Source: Marsupella aquatica
Taxonomy: Eukaryota > Plantae > Marchantiophyta
DNA: 64,000 nucleotides
Assembly: GCA_973895155.1 (NCBI GenBank)
Contig: OZ316899.1
Span: 12,713,934 to 12,777,933 of the forward strand
Direction of reading: 5' to 3'
A model generated the notes under the pieces. It saw only the letters and a program-made list of their open reading frames with translations. It was not told where the DNA came from and ran no database searches. The number at the start of each line of letters is the position of its first letter. The first letter of the stretch is position 1. Position numbers and translations under genes: made by a program. Of this stretch, positions 50,815 to 62,304 are shown piece by piece.

Positions 50815-53800
50815 ATGATGGAGGTATTCCCCTCTTCTTCCAGAGGGTATAGTGCGGTTCCTGACCAGGAGCGAGCTTATTCTGAATCTTTGCAGTCTTC
50901 GTTTACTGGTTCAGTCTATACACGTCGTGTAACTCGTTCCTCAAAGTTGTTGCCGCTCACTTCTGTCAGCGGTGTTTTGGGTCCAAATCCTTTGCGAAGA
51001 AAGATGGACAACGTAGACACAATTGCGATCCAGGATGTTGCGGATTGCACGCTTGCTGAGACTGATCTCATTTCAAAACATGTCATGTCTTTTGGAAAGG
51101 ATTCTCGTGGATTTGACAAGGAGCCGCCTCGAATCCCTCTATGTCGATTGGTTCACATGGAGGTGGTTCGTACTCTGCAGAAAGACAGCTCTTCCATCGA
51201 GAAGCTGAAAGACTCTTTTCGTAGTATGGTTACAACTCTTCGATAGGGATGCGTTTCTATGTGCAGCCAACGGATGAGAACGGAATTGTTCTGACCTGTA
51301 CCCAGGACATTCGTGATTCATGGGATCCAATATGGCAATTGGAGAATGAGAAGTTTGAGGCTGAATGCGAGGCTGACCCGGATTTTCTCATCTTGAAGGA
51401 TAAGATGTTCTCTGTATTCGATGGAAATCACAAGCTGTACTCCTGGACGCTTGTAACAGAGGAGAACCCGGACAATCCAAAATATCATCCTTGTGTGCTC
51501 TGTACAATATTTAAAGGAGACAAGGGATCTCTCATTGAAATTGAGGCAGCTATGCACACCGTGAATCAGTAAGTTCTCATGATTTCCAGTTCTTTCCTTA
51601 AATCTTGCGAGTGCTGTATTTACTAGCGCTCGGCGCTGCTTATACATGAATTGTTTTTCATTGACTCTTACTCTCAACGTTTGTTCGTGTAGGCTTGGCC
51701 AAGCAGTTGTAGAGCCTTCTTGGATCCTGGATGCGGACAGAATCAAACGAATTCTGGCACATGACCTTGAGTATTATAGTAAACTGATTGACCCGGGTAA
51801 TTTCAAGAAGTTTGAAAGCATTCGGCTGAAAACTCGGAAGGGGTCATGGTATACGAAGAAGATGCCACAAGAAGCACTTGTTTACATTCTTTGTGAGAAT
51901 AAGATAAAGTCGTACTCGCATCAATTCAAACTCGACATGGAGGCAGCGGAGGCTCAAGGGAGTCCATGGTCGGCGGACGAGATTTCAAAACGGCATGCGG
52001 CCATGATGAAAGACGCAACCAAAGATTGGGCAGTGAAGTCTTCAAAAATTACGCCCTTATTAAGTCCTGAATTTGAAGATTTCCTCAGTACATGTGCAGA
52101 AATGTATGCTGTCACAGAGAGAAACAAGAGAGAGAAGAAGCCTGACACCGTTGTATGTACGATGGACCGCGCACGATTGTTCACCGCTGTTTCTGCTCTA
52201 GACCCAAAGTTACGAAGCACTTTACTTGTGGCACATTGCAATCCTGAGCTGCGGAGACAGTTTTTTCACCTAGCAAGTGTTAACGATGATCCAGTCAAAC
52301 AGTGGTGCCACACTTGGATCACTTGGAATAGTGTGGAGGGAATTGCTGCTAGCATGTTACATTCATGTCTACGTGAAGTTGAGCAAACCATGCCCGCGAA
52401 TAGATTGGAAGAGTGGAATTGTAGTTCGTTTGATGATCTAGTTCAGTTTGTTACAAATGAATTCAAGAGATTTGGTGATTCCGTGAAGAATAAGTTCTTT
52501 CACACTATGTGGCCTTCAAAGTACCCTGACAAAGAAGATTACACCCAGAGAAACCAGAAGCGAGCGAAGAGGTTTGTGTATAGGTTCTACATGCACATGG
52601 AGGTAACCAAACCTGATTACTTCTGGGCATATCCTGCAGCTTTTTATGAAGTGGATTTCAATAAGTGAAGATGATGCCTTGGCTGATTTGTACTCTATGT
52701 ACCCCACGGAGGGCATATTTCCTTCGAGACCAATGACAGAATGGGAGAGAACTCACTGCCCCTGGTATCTAGATACAGATAGATGGGATCTCCTTTTGAT
52801 CAAAGGAAAAAAGATGCCTTCCATAAGCTTTCAAAGTCTCAGATGCCAGCAAAACTTGTGTCCGACATGAAGCAGGGTCTACTTGACGATGTAGACAAGT
52901 CTGCCACAAACTTGCAAACTATCTGTGAAACAACTGTTGTGCATGTGGACCGGAGTCGCAAACCTCGCGCGAAAGCCAAAGCGGAGCTAGCAGCACCGAG
53001 CGAGTCTACTAAATCTGGAAAGAAGAGTAAGTATTGCTATCCATGATTTTGCCAGCGCCAAGCGCTGGCAAAAAATATTCTGTTGAGGGTATTCTCTTTC
53101 TTGGTTATTAGGCTTCGGTTGCGACTTAAGTGAATTGCATTTGGTTAGCGCCAGGCGCTAGCTTCTTTCAATACTTTAAAAGTACTTATTCTAACTACGA
53201 CCTGGTTATATTTTAGGAGGGAGGAAGTCTAATATGGTGGGAACGGGAGATACAAAAAAGGATGCTACACCTGAAGTTTCCGAGGCAAACACGGGAGCTC
53301 GATCGAACCCCATTACTCCAGTCGACAAAGGGAAGGTTATAGTTCCTATCGACGCCACGAGTACCAGGAAGAAACGAAAGAGAGCTGTCGAAGGTGGACA
53401 ATCTTTAAAGGAGAGTGTTATAGCTTCTGGTTTCCAACGTGAAGTTGGAAACTTCAAAACAACTGTGTCTCGCCATTGCATGGTTGAGACAAGCCTTTCT
53501 GAAGTTTTTGACTCGACGTTCAACAAGGAGGAGAAGCCCGAGTGGGTTAGTGATGTGGAGAAATGGGGAAAAGACCTCGTTAAGTTGGGATTTAAAGAGA
53601 AGGGAGTTGTTCAGGGGGGAAAAGTAAGATCGTTTGGAGTGGATGCCGGCTTCATTTACCTACCGACCGGGTTCAAACCATCTATCATTGATAAGAAGGT
53701 TCCTAAATGGAACATTCCAGATCACTCAATGGCTAGATCTTTTTTTAAATCCATGGATCCATTTTTATCAGATGATGGGTTCCTTGTAATTCTACACAAT

Positions 53801-54906
53801 GGGGAGTACGATCCCATGTCGCAAGTCATTGCTGCCTGTCAGGAGTCAAGGAAATTTCAGTGTATATGCTCGCATAATGTTGTGATGTCTGACCCGATGT
53901 ATGCGGCAAAGACAGACCGAGAGATGTTTACCCTCAGGCTCGACATATTTGCCGAATTAATGGGAAATGTAAAATTCCCAAAGACCCCAAATTTCGGCTG
54001 CTGTCCATCAGTGAGGACCCTTCGGTTACCAATTTGATCGGACTCTCTTCGCTCAAATCAGATCCATTCCCGCAAATGGAGTTTGCTGGAAATGCTCGTC
54101 TGTCTGTGGGTTTTATGCAATCTGTTATAGAGCTTGTCACACGGCCTTGTGATATTTTTATGGATTGGACTGCTGGGGCTGGAAGCTCTTACATTGCTGG
54201 CGACTTCTCTGGATGATTTATACTCGGGATAGAACACCGGAAAGAATTTATTGAAATCACTTCAAAGGTTTTCATGGATTTGTTGTCTCCCAAAGAGATT
54301 GCAGTGTTACCTCCACCTGTTCCTACTGCCGACAGAAAAAAGAGAGATAAGCTTCGGTCGGTTCTCAATTTTGATTCTGATGATGAATCGAGTGAAGGTG
54401 GAGAGGAACAAGGTACAAGAAACTCCGAGGAGGAAAAGGGAGAGCGTTGTGCAGCTGCAGATGAAACCGATAGTGATGACTCTTTCGAGTAATGTTCATA
54501 AACTCGTAAGCTTCTTTCTCCATTCCCGTCAATTCATAACATTTCTTTTGTTGTTTTGGGGAAAGGCGCCTTACAAAATGGACTTTGTTATATCAGGTCA
54601 GAGTGGAATGCAAGGAGACGATTCAAACTGCGGAGGAAGATCGCGAGACACAACGTAGAAACACCGGAAAAACCGTTTGTTCTTCCCTCCTATGCAGAGA
54701 AAGCCGCAAGGAAAGCAGAAAGTGCAAGGACACTTTGCTGGGAAAACAAAGGTCTTTGGTTACGAAGGGGTGTTGACCGAAAGTTCATTAAACATCCTTA
54801 TGTTGATGACTTCTCCCGCAGCCAGTACGTAGATGATGAGACTGTGTCCACGGACAGATCCCAGAGTACAGATTCTGGTTCCGACTCAGAATCTTCGGAA
54901 CCGTGA
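50815..54906 (+). pseudogene. ParB/Srx-like plus beta-class DNA methyltransferase-like fusion gene (copy 2); introns ~51569-51692, ~53027-53216, ~54489-54597
   Basis: RIPLCRLVHMEVVR...IEKLKDSF...FSVFDGNHK. VDAGFIYLPTG...FFKSMDPFLSDDGFLVILH. FMQSVIELVTRPCDIFMDWTAGAGSSYIAGDFSG*FILGIEHRKEFIE. A few 1-bp frameshifts and one stop. Confidence 0.82.
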
Positions 54907-55179
54907 GAAGTAGTGGGTAGTTGAGGCTAAATCTTTTAGCAGCGCCCGGCGCTTGTAACATCTGTATTATTTCCCTCTGCCGAGGGTCCTTTTAAATTGT
55001 TGATTTCTCTCTACTTGTTGATTACTTTTGACTTCTGTTCTTTACAAGCGCCTGGCGCTCGCCAAATGGAATCTCTAAATGGCCGTTTAGTCTTTGTCGT
55101 TTCCTGTCAACGGTCATCGTCATTGGATACCAACTGCCATTTGGATTGTGTTCTTTAGTCAGTCGTCGGAAAGCCGTTG

Positions 55180-55530
55180 GGGACCATAGTTTTGGGACGA
55201 TGATTCCATAGTTTAGGGACCGGGCGGAAGGGATAACTATAGTTTCAGTTTAGGTTTGTTCGGGACGACGAGAGTTGGGGACGTCGATAGTTAAGGACGA
55301 CGATAGTTTCGGGAGGACGATAGAACGGGACGATAGAACGGGAGGGGAGACTTTGTTTCGGGAGGACGATAGAACGTGACGATAGAACGGGACGATAGTT
55401 CGTTTGGGAAGACTTTGTTTCAGGAAGACGATAGAACGGGACGTTAGAGCAGGGCGATAGAACGGGACGATACCTGTTACCAAGGCGAAGATAGTTTTGG
55501 GAGGCAATAGAATGGGACGATGATAGTTTG
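55180..55530. repeat. Degenerate GACGATAGAACGG / GACGATAGTTT tandem array
   Basis: More than 15 imperfect units upstream of ORF3 in copy 2. Confidence 0.8.
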
Positions 55531-55678
55531 ATGGTCATTTTGGAGCGGTAGTGTACGCGGACCTTTATCTGGCGTCTTAGTCTTCGCGGACCTTTCTTTG
55601 ACCTTTGTCGGCTATAGCACTCGTGGATGACGTTCTTACGGGAGGAGAGGTTACATATTAGATCGGGATCTTTGAAAC

Positions 55679-56140
55679 ATGGCGAGTCAGTATGAGCCAA
55701 TGGATTGGGAGGCAGCTTTTCGTCCTTCTCGTGTGCGTCCGGAAGAGAGCCATTTCAGCTCTTTTGAATCGCGGATGGAGACTGAAGAAACTGAAACTTC
55801 CACTTTTCGGAACCGTCATGCTCTCCCGTATGATGAGGCTATTAGTCCTGGAGAGAAGAACATCCCTTGGATTGTCAATTCCCTTGCGCCTCCGTTCTCT
55901 AGTCGGTTTTTGTCTCACCCGGGAGTTCTTGTTGATGGGGTACTCCCAATCGATCGAAGAGTACAAGAAATGTTTGGGCGAGTTGATTTTAAGGACAGTA
56001 ATATTCCTAATGAACATTTTACGAGGGCTGTTCGTCGAGGACCTTCAGAGGGATACGTTCGTTTGCGTGGTCTTGGCTTCAAGAAAGATTGGCGGAGAGA
56101 AGCAGCAGGAGTGGATGATGATTGCAACTCGGAAAGCTAG
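55679..56140 (+). CDS. MULE ORF3, 153-aa protein of unknown function
   Basis: Intact ATG-to-TAG ORF with a protein-level homologue at the syntenic position of copy 1. Confidence 0.65.
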   Translation: MASQYEPMDWEAAFRPSRVRPEESHFSSFESRMETEETETSTFRNRHALPYDEAISPGEKNIPWIVNSLAPPFSSRFLSHPGVLVDGVLPIDRRVQEMFGRVDFKDSNIPNEHFTRAVRRGPSEGYVRLRGLGFKKDWRREAAGVDDDCNSES

Positions 56141-56938
56141 ATGGAAATTTTGTTTTGCTGATCGCTTTAAGCTAGCGCCGGGCGCTGCTAAAGTTTTCCG
56201 GATTTTGTGGCATTGAAGTCGACCTCAGCTCTGGCGTTAGAGTTTTCCCGGTTGTCTACTATTTAGGTTTTGGCTAGCGCCGTGCGCTATTGAAACGACA
56301 ACGGATTTTGTGGGAGGGAATGGATCTTGACTATGTTGTCTGGGTTTGGACGCATCTTGTCTCCAAGAAACGACTAGTTTTCTAGTTAGTTTTTGGCTAG
56401 CGCCGAGCGCTGTTCATGTATTAGTCGAAAACCTCCGACGGTGTCGACCGTGACTTCATGGATGGGATTTTTAGGCCAGATTGTTGATGTTGAGAACTGC
56501 ATTTTGTATCACTTAAGCCGAGCGCGTTTTCTATTTTGCGATAATATATGCGAATGTTTTTTCCGGCCTTTCTTTTCTACTTGTATTTGTCTTGGATTTT
56601 GTGTATCTCAATTGGCAGCCGTCTTTTATGTTTCAAAAAATTGTTTCCTTGTTGTTCTTTTATTTATCACGAGGGTTTGGTGGTTTTGTTTTCTATTCTT
56701 GTACTTTCAAATGGAGATTTTGAGACCTTTTTTTAAGATAACTGTTCACGACCATCCAAACACTGTTCACTGGTAACAGCTCCTTTTAACTGGTACCAGG
56801 ATCTATGTTCTGTTACTGTTATCTGTTTGCTGTCGTTTGTAAATTCCCCCTCATAATGGCTACCTAAATACTGTTGTTATGCTAATAATAACGACCTAAG
56901 ATACCCCTAACGCGCATGCTAAGCGCGGTTAGACCGAA

Positions 56939-59900
56939 TCACTCATTACCCGCCATACCGGCGGCGTCACATAGCTCCCTGCTTAATTGTGAAGCGTCCT
57001 TGTGAACATCACTCTCGGCATTGTCGTCTTGATGGTGGTACTTCTTCACACAATCATAACTGACTCGCGTGGGTAGTAAATTGCCGGCGTACGTTGCGAG
57101 TTCCAAAGATCCGTTAGGGTAGATCTGATTGACTAGGAAAGGCCCTAACCAACGGGTATGAAGCTTCCCCGGAAACTGCATGTACCTACTATCGTACAGC
57201 AGGACTAGATGGCCCGTCACGACGTCGATCCTCCGTAGTCTTTTGTCGTGCTGCTTCTTGGAAGCTGCTTGCTGCTTTACGACGTGTTGAGCTGCGAGTA
57301 GCCGTGCTTCTTCTAATGCTTCAATCTGATAAGCTTTGTCCGACAAACTTTCAGCTTTGGGTAAGCGATCCCGAATGCTTACCCATGGAGTGTGTACTTC
57401 AAAATCAACGGGCACCAACAAATGTTGGTCGAACACGAGAAAGTACGGGCTGTGACTCGTAGTAGTCTTGTAAGCTAGATTATACGAGTACATCGCTGCG
57501 TACAACTTGTCATCCCAATCCGTTTTGTGCGCGGCTACTGTCTTGTTGAGGATCTTCCCAATGATACCATTGGCTCTCTCTGTCAGCCCATTGGCTTTAG
57601 GATGATACGGGGTAGTCTTGCAGTGCTTGACTAGGTAACGCTCCGTAAGCTGGGCTACGGTGTTATTGAGGAAGTGTGTGCCATGGTCGCTTACTAATTC
57701 CAAGGGAGGCCCAAACCGGGTGAAGATCTGCTTGTATAAGAACCGGGCGCTTGTGGCGGCATCGTCCCTCACCGTAGCCCGTGCTTTGACCCACTTGGTG
57801 GAGTAATCTATAGCTAGCAAGATGTACCTGCATCTTCGTCTTCGGGTAACGGGAGTGAACGGCCCGATATAATCAATACCCCACTTTTCAAAAGGTGCTA
57901 AGGGAAGCACGGACGTGAGAGGGTGATGATGAGCTCGTCTTGGGGCCCCAGCCCGTTGACACAGGTCACAGCCTTTGATGAAGCGTTGTACATCCCGATG
58001 CAACGTAGGCCACCAATACCCCAAGTCCAAAATCTTTTGAGCTGTCGTGATAGCTGCGAAATGGCCTCCAACTTCTTTTTCATGCAAGGCCCGCATAACA
58101 ATAAGCATCTCCTTGTACTCTAAGCAGCGTCGTAGCTTCCCATTAACTCCTTCCTTGTGTAGATGACCCTGTATCATGACGTATGGCCCGACCTTCCATA
58201 AAAACACAGCAGCGGCCTCCTGATTGATGCCGTTGGGGATGCGGCCTGTTAAGAGGAAGGTGATTATTGATCTGTACCACGTAGGCATTCCCGCCCCTAC
58301 GTGGAATAACTCCTTATCCGGAAAAGTATCATTAATAGGCTGGTCGACAGGTACACCGCCCAGTCTCGAAAAGAAGTTGGCGTTGAGGTGTGCTTTTCCT
58401 GGTTGAACCCGAACCTCATAGTTGAATTCCTGGAGGAGTAGCACCCACCGGGCTATCCGTCCCGTGACATCTGCTTTGTTGACCATGTACTTCAAGCTAT
58501 CATGGTCCGTGTGGAATATGACTTTATATCCAAGCAGATAGTGTCAGAATTTCTTACATGAGTAGATAATGCCCAGAGCTTCTCGATCAGTGGGAGAATA
58601 ATTTTTATGGCTGTGAATAGCTGACGGCTAGCGAAGTAGATGGGGTGGTCATGTCCGTCCTCATCAAGCTGACTGAGCATGGACCCGATACAGAACCCAG
58701 ACACATCGACATACACATGGAACTCCTTATTCCAGTCCGGGGTGACCATGATAGGTGCGGTGGGGAGTTGTTTACGGAGTTCTTTAAAAGCAATCCGTCT
58801 CCTAGGTGTCTCCTCGATCACCGCGTCCTTCTTCATCATCTCAGTTAAGGGCAACGCAATTTTAGCAAAATCTTTAATGAACCGACGATAATACCCTACA
58901 CAGCCCAAGAAGGATCGTACCACTTTTTGATCTACGGGAAATACCACCGCCATTTAAGCTGCGACCTTCTCTTGGTCCACCTTGATACCTCGTTTGGACA
59001 CCCGATGCCCAAGTAACACTCCCTCCTCTACCCCAAAAAAACATTTGGCGGGATGTAGCTTGAGGTTAACCTCTCGACATCGTTGTAGCGTACGTCGTAG
59101 ATGTTTGGGGTGCATGGCGACAGTTCCAAAGATGGCAAAGTCATCGATAAATATTTCCAGAAATTCCCGTAGGAAATCGTGGAAGATATTCATCATGAGT
59201 CACTGAAACATGGTCGGGGCGTTACATAGCCCGAACGGCATTCTCCGAAATGCGAACGTCCCCCATTCCGTAGTGAACGTTGTTTTGAGTTGATCCGAGA
59301 GGCAGATCCAGATTTGATTATAACTCAAATATCCATCAAGGAATGTATAAATTTCATTTCGGGCTAGCATATCTAGAACCATATCCTGAATGGTAACGGG
59401 TAATGGTCTTTTCGGGTCGCGTCGTTCAGCTTACGATAGTCTTAACAGATCCGGATCTTAGGTTTTCCGTCCGTACCTCCTTTCTTTGGTACAATGACAA
59501 TGGGAGAAACCCAGTCGCTAGCCATTATCGGGTAGATGATATCTGCGGCGAGGAGACGATCAATTTCCTCTTTCACTAAGATGGAGTACTCTGGGTTCAT
59601 GCGACGTTGTTGTTGTCGTACTGCATGGGCCCCCAGGTTCAGATCAATCGTGTGTTCCCCCAACTCGAGGGAGACTCCCATTAAATTGTGATGGCTCCAT
59701 GCGAACACATCTTCATATTCCTTGAGCAGTGCTTGGATAGATTTTTCCGCCTCCCCCGTTAGAGCGTGGCCCAGGTTAAAAGACTTATCCATCCCAATGG
59801 TGTACTTCCGGTAGTGCTCCTTCCTTATGACTTCCACCTGGTTTGGCAAGCTTGGGTCCAGGCTCGCATCTAGCTCAGCTAACCAAACTCCTCCGTACAT

Positions 59901-60521
59901 GGGTGGAACCAGGATCGGTTTTGGATTTGAAGTTACTTCCTCCAATTGCGGGATGGACGGGTCCCAGGAGACTTGTTTCTTATGTCTCGATCTCGGGTTT
60001 TTGGCCTCGGGCAGTTGTTTGGCTGGTTCATGGTCACTAGGCTCTGCACTGGTAGAGACAGTGTCGGCTCCCTGCTTAGCTGGAGCCGTGTCCTCCGTGT
60101 TGATGGGCCATTTTTGCGTTTCATCAGCCCGGGCGGTAGAGGTGCTCAGGGTGGACTCAATAGCAACCTTTGGGTAATTCAGGAGATGCGTTTCCCAGGT
60201 TGCCTCTACTCCGAAGACATCTTCCTCGGACAGGGACAAAATAAGTTCAATCATATTGAGCTCATCTTCTTTCGAGGTCTCCAAATCATATTCCTTGGGT
60301 CCCTGTGGGGTTTCACCCTGATAATCGTCCATTGCCCATGATACTCGTACTGTGGGTGTCCCGAACCGTAGCTCCTTCTTTCCCCAATCCGTGACTACAC
60401 GGACATCATACAACCACGGCCTGCCCAGAAGGACCGGATAAGAGGAGGGCCGAACCGGCCTCATGACTAGGAAGTTGAGATAGAACTCCACCCCTCCCAC
60501 AAGAGTGAGCACCCGCGTGAG
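56939..60521 (-). pseudogene. Ty3/gypsy pol (PR end, RT, RNaseH, INT), non-chromovirus, decayed
   Basis: LLGRPWL. RT FLDGYLSYNQI, MPFGLCNAP and IFIDDF. RH FHVYVD. INT H-H-C-C, WGIDYIGP, NGLTER and RWLGPF. No chromodomain seen. Confidence 0.95.
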
Positions 60522-62304
60522 TGTGACGCCGCCGGTACGATGGGTAATGAGTAATTCGGTCTAACCGCGCTTAACACGCGCGTTAGGGGTATCTTAGGCC
60601 GTTATTATTAGCATAAAGATAGTATTTAGGTAGCTATTATGAGTAGGAAATCATTAGTCAATAAGGGGAATTCATGTTTGGCTGGCAGCGGGTTGCCATT
60701 CGCACGCCCGGGTTGCGAGCGTGTAATGGGCCCTTTTTCCCCCTCCCTTGGGTCCGTATAACAAACTTCGAGAGGCGGCCACTAACACAAGCTGACCTGG
60801 ACTGGAGAAGGGGTCGATACACTACAAGCGTGAAAGGATTGATCTATAAGCGACGAGGAGGCATCGGGCAATCGACGAGCTCTTAGGGTATAAAAGGGGG
60901 GCCGATCCTTTGCAGTGCACCAGCTCTCCAGTCCACGTGCCAGCTTTGATTCCAAATCTCTCGCTTTTCCTTAGTCACCTGCTATCTCCTCTGAATGTCG
61001 CACACAATCCTTTCCAGTTTGGCCATACGATTCTGGACACAGTTCCTGTCTATCAAAGGGCACTTGGCCGACTCATTGAAACACGCCAACCCGCGCTGAT
61101 ACGAGATCAAACGCAAATACGAGAGAGCCATCCGCCTAGCAGGATGACACCACTATCTCCTTAACTTTGATTACTCGTCCCAGAGCGAGCTTTACCAACC
61201 CGAAGAAATATTGGGGTACTTCTTCAACGGAGGCAAATACATCGGCTTCTGGGAGGCATTGCTTCGGCTTCTGGACGAGGTCTTCAATATTCCGGGCACG
61301 ATCGACTTGCAGCGGCACCACTTTGACCACATCCCCGCTCGGGTTTGGGCTATCATCAACGGCGAGTTCAACACTACCCGGTCGACAGGAGCATCTTCAC
61401 TTGCGTCGGAAAACCTCCACCGGCACCTGGTGAACTTCATGGCAACTCTACCATCAACGACCAGTGCTAGCCAACCTGTGCCCGTACCCGCACCTACACC
61501 TCCTCGGCCTTAGCCAAGACGGTCCACGCCACCGGTTCCATCACCTCCCCGAGTACGATCCGTGGTGAATGCGGTAAATATTAGCTCCCAAGACGAGGAG
61601 GCTCACCCTCCTCTGAATCAACGGCCGCGGGGTATGAACAACCCAACACCACTCTAGCAAGCCCGAGGGGATAACATGGTAACGCTAGCGGCCCCGACAC
61701 CAATACTCATGGCAGTCGCGCTACCACCACCTGACTCAGAGGATGGAGAGATGTCCCCTTCTTCTAGTCACCCCGAGAATCAGTCTTGGGGTAGGAAGAG
61801 GAAGGAGCCCGCAGCTATATCCGGGTTGCCTTTGGCCACGGTTGCGGTAGCCAAGCTAACCATGCATCGCATGGGGGACAACGTTCACAAGAACATCCTC
61901 CACCCCAAGCATGCATGCTATCTGAAGACCCAGGGGTTTGAGCACCTCGCCTCTCTCCCTTGGAACGGAAGCAGGTATTACGGGCAGGATATGATGGAGT
62001 TCATTCAAAACTTTGATGAGGCCCGTCAACAAACCCGAGCGCACAGGAGAGTGATGTGTCTTGATGAGGCACGTCTAAAGATGATTTTTGGCTTACCCGA
62101 GGGGATAAACCGGGTAGAGTCGCGGGATCCTGGGGGCAAGGGAGCTAAATACCAATCATCTAGCTTCCCGACGGAAGGGGTGGTGGACAATGGGTTCTTA
62201 ATGAGGACGTGCCTCATCCCAGAGGTAGCAGAACGCCTAGAGTTCTAGCGGTATGCCCTCCACATGATGGAACCTAGAGGAGAAATATTGGCCGCTCAGG
62301 TCAT
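60522..62304 (+). mobile_element. Giant LTR family C, copy C3, inserted antisense into the protease region of its own family
   Basis: Starts TGTGACGCCGCC with TATAAAA at 60889. Highly similar to the reverse complement of C2. Cut by A4 inside the AAQVI codons. Confidence 0.9.

Larger units (their letters stand above)
45398..56850. mobile_element. Complete Mutator-like element, copy 2 (~11.45 kb)
   Basis: Flanking duplication CTCATAATGG (45390-45399 / 56850-56859; true TSD 7-10 bp, ambiguous). Imperfect TIRs GGGTATGATAGCCATGACAGAAAACAGA vs GGGGAATTTACAAACGACAGCAAACAGA. The empty site is visible in C3 at ~60630-60650. Confidence 0.92.
41549..56971 (-). mobile_element. Giant LTR family C, copy C2 = 3' LTR (>=3.9 kb) of the gypsy element, interrupted by MULE copy 2
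   Basis: Begins TGTGACGCCGCC at 56971 on the minus strand, immediately after the PPT-like AAGCAGGGAGCTA and the integrase. Collinear with C3 across the MULE insertion. Its distal end is truncated against C1. Confidence 0.88.

Noticed and set aside
54556-54906. Separate 116-aa gene (and 11798-11995)
   Set aside because: It is the last exon of the ParB-MTase gene. The apparent TAA at ...GAGTAATG is within a GT donor, and splicing restores the frame in both copies.
50815-54906. Bacterial contamination or prophage as the source of ParB-MTase
   Set aside because: The gene has spliceosomal introns and sits inside a TIR/TSD element nested among plant retrotransposons.
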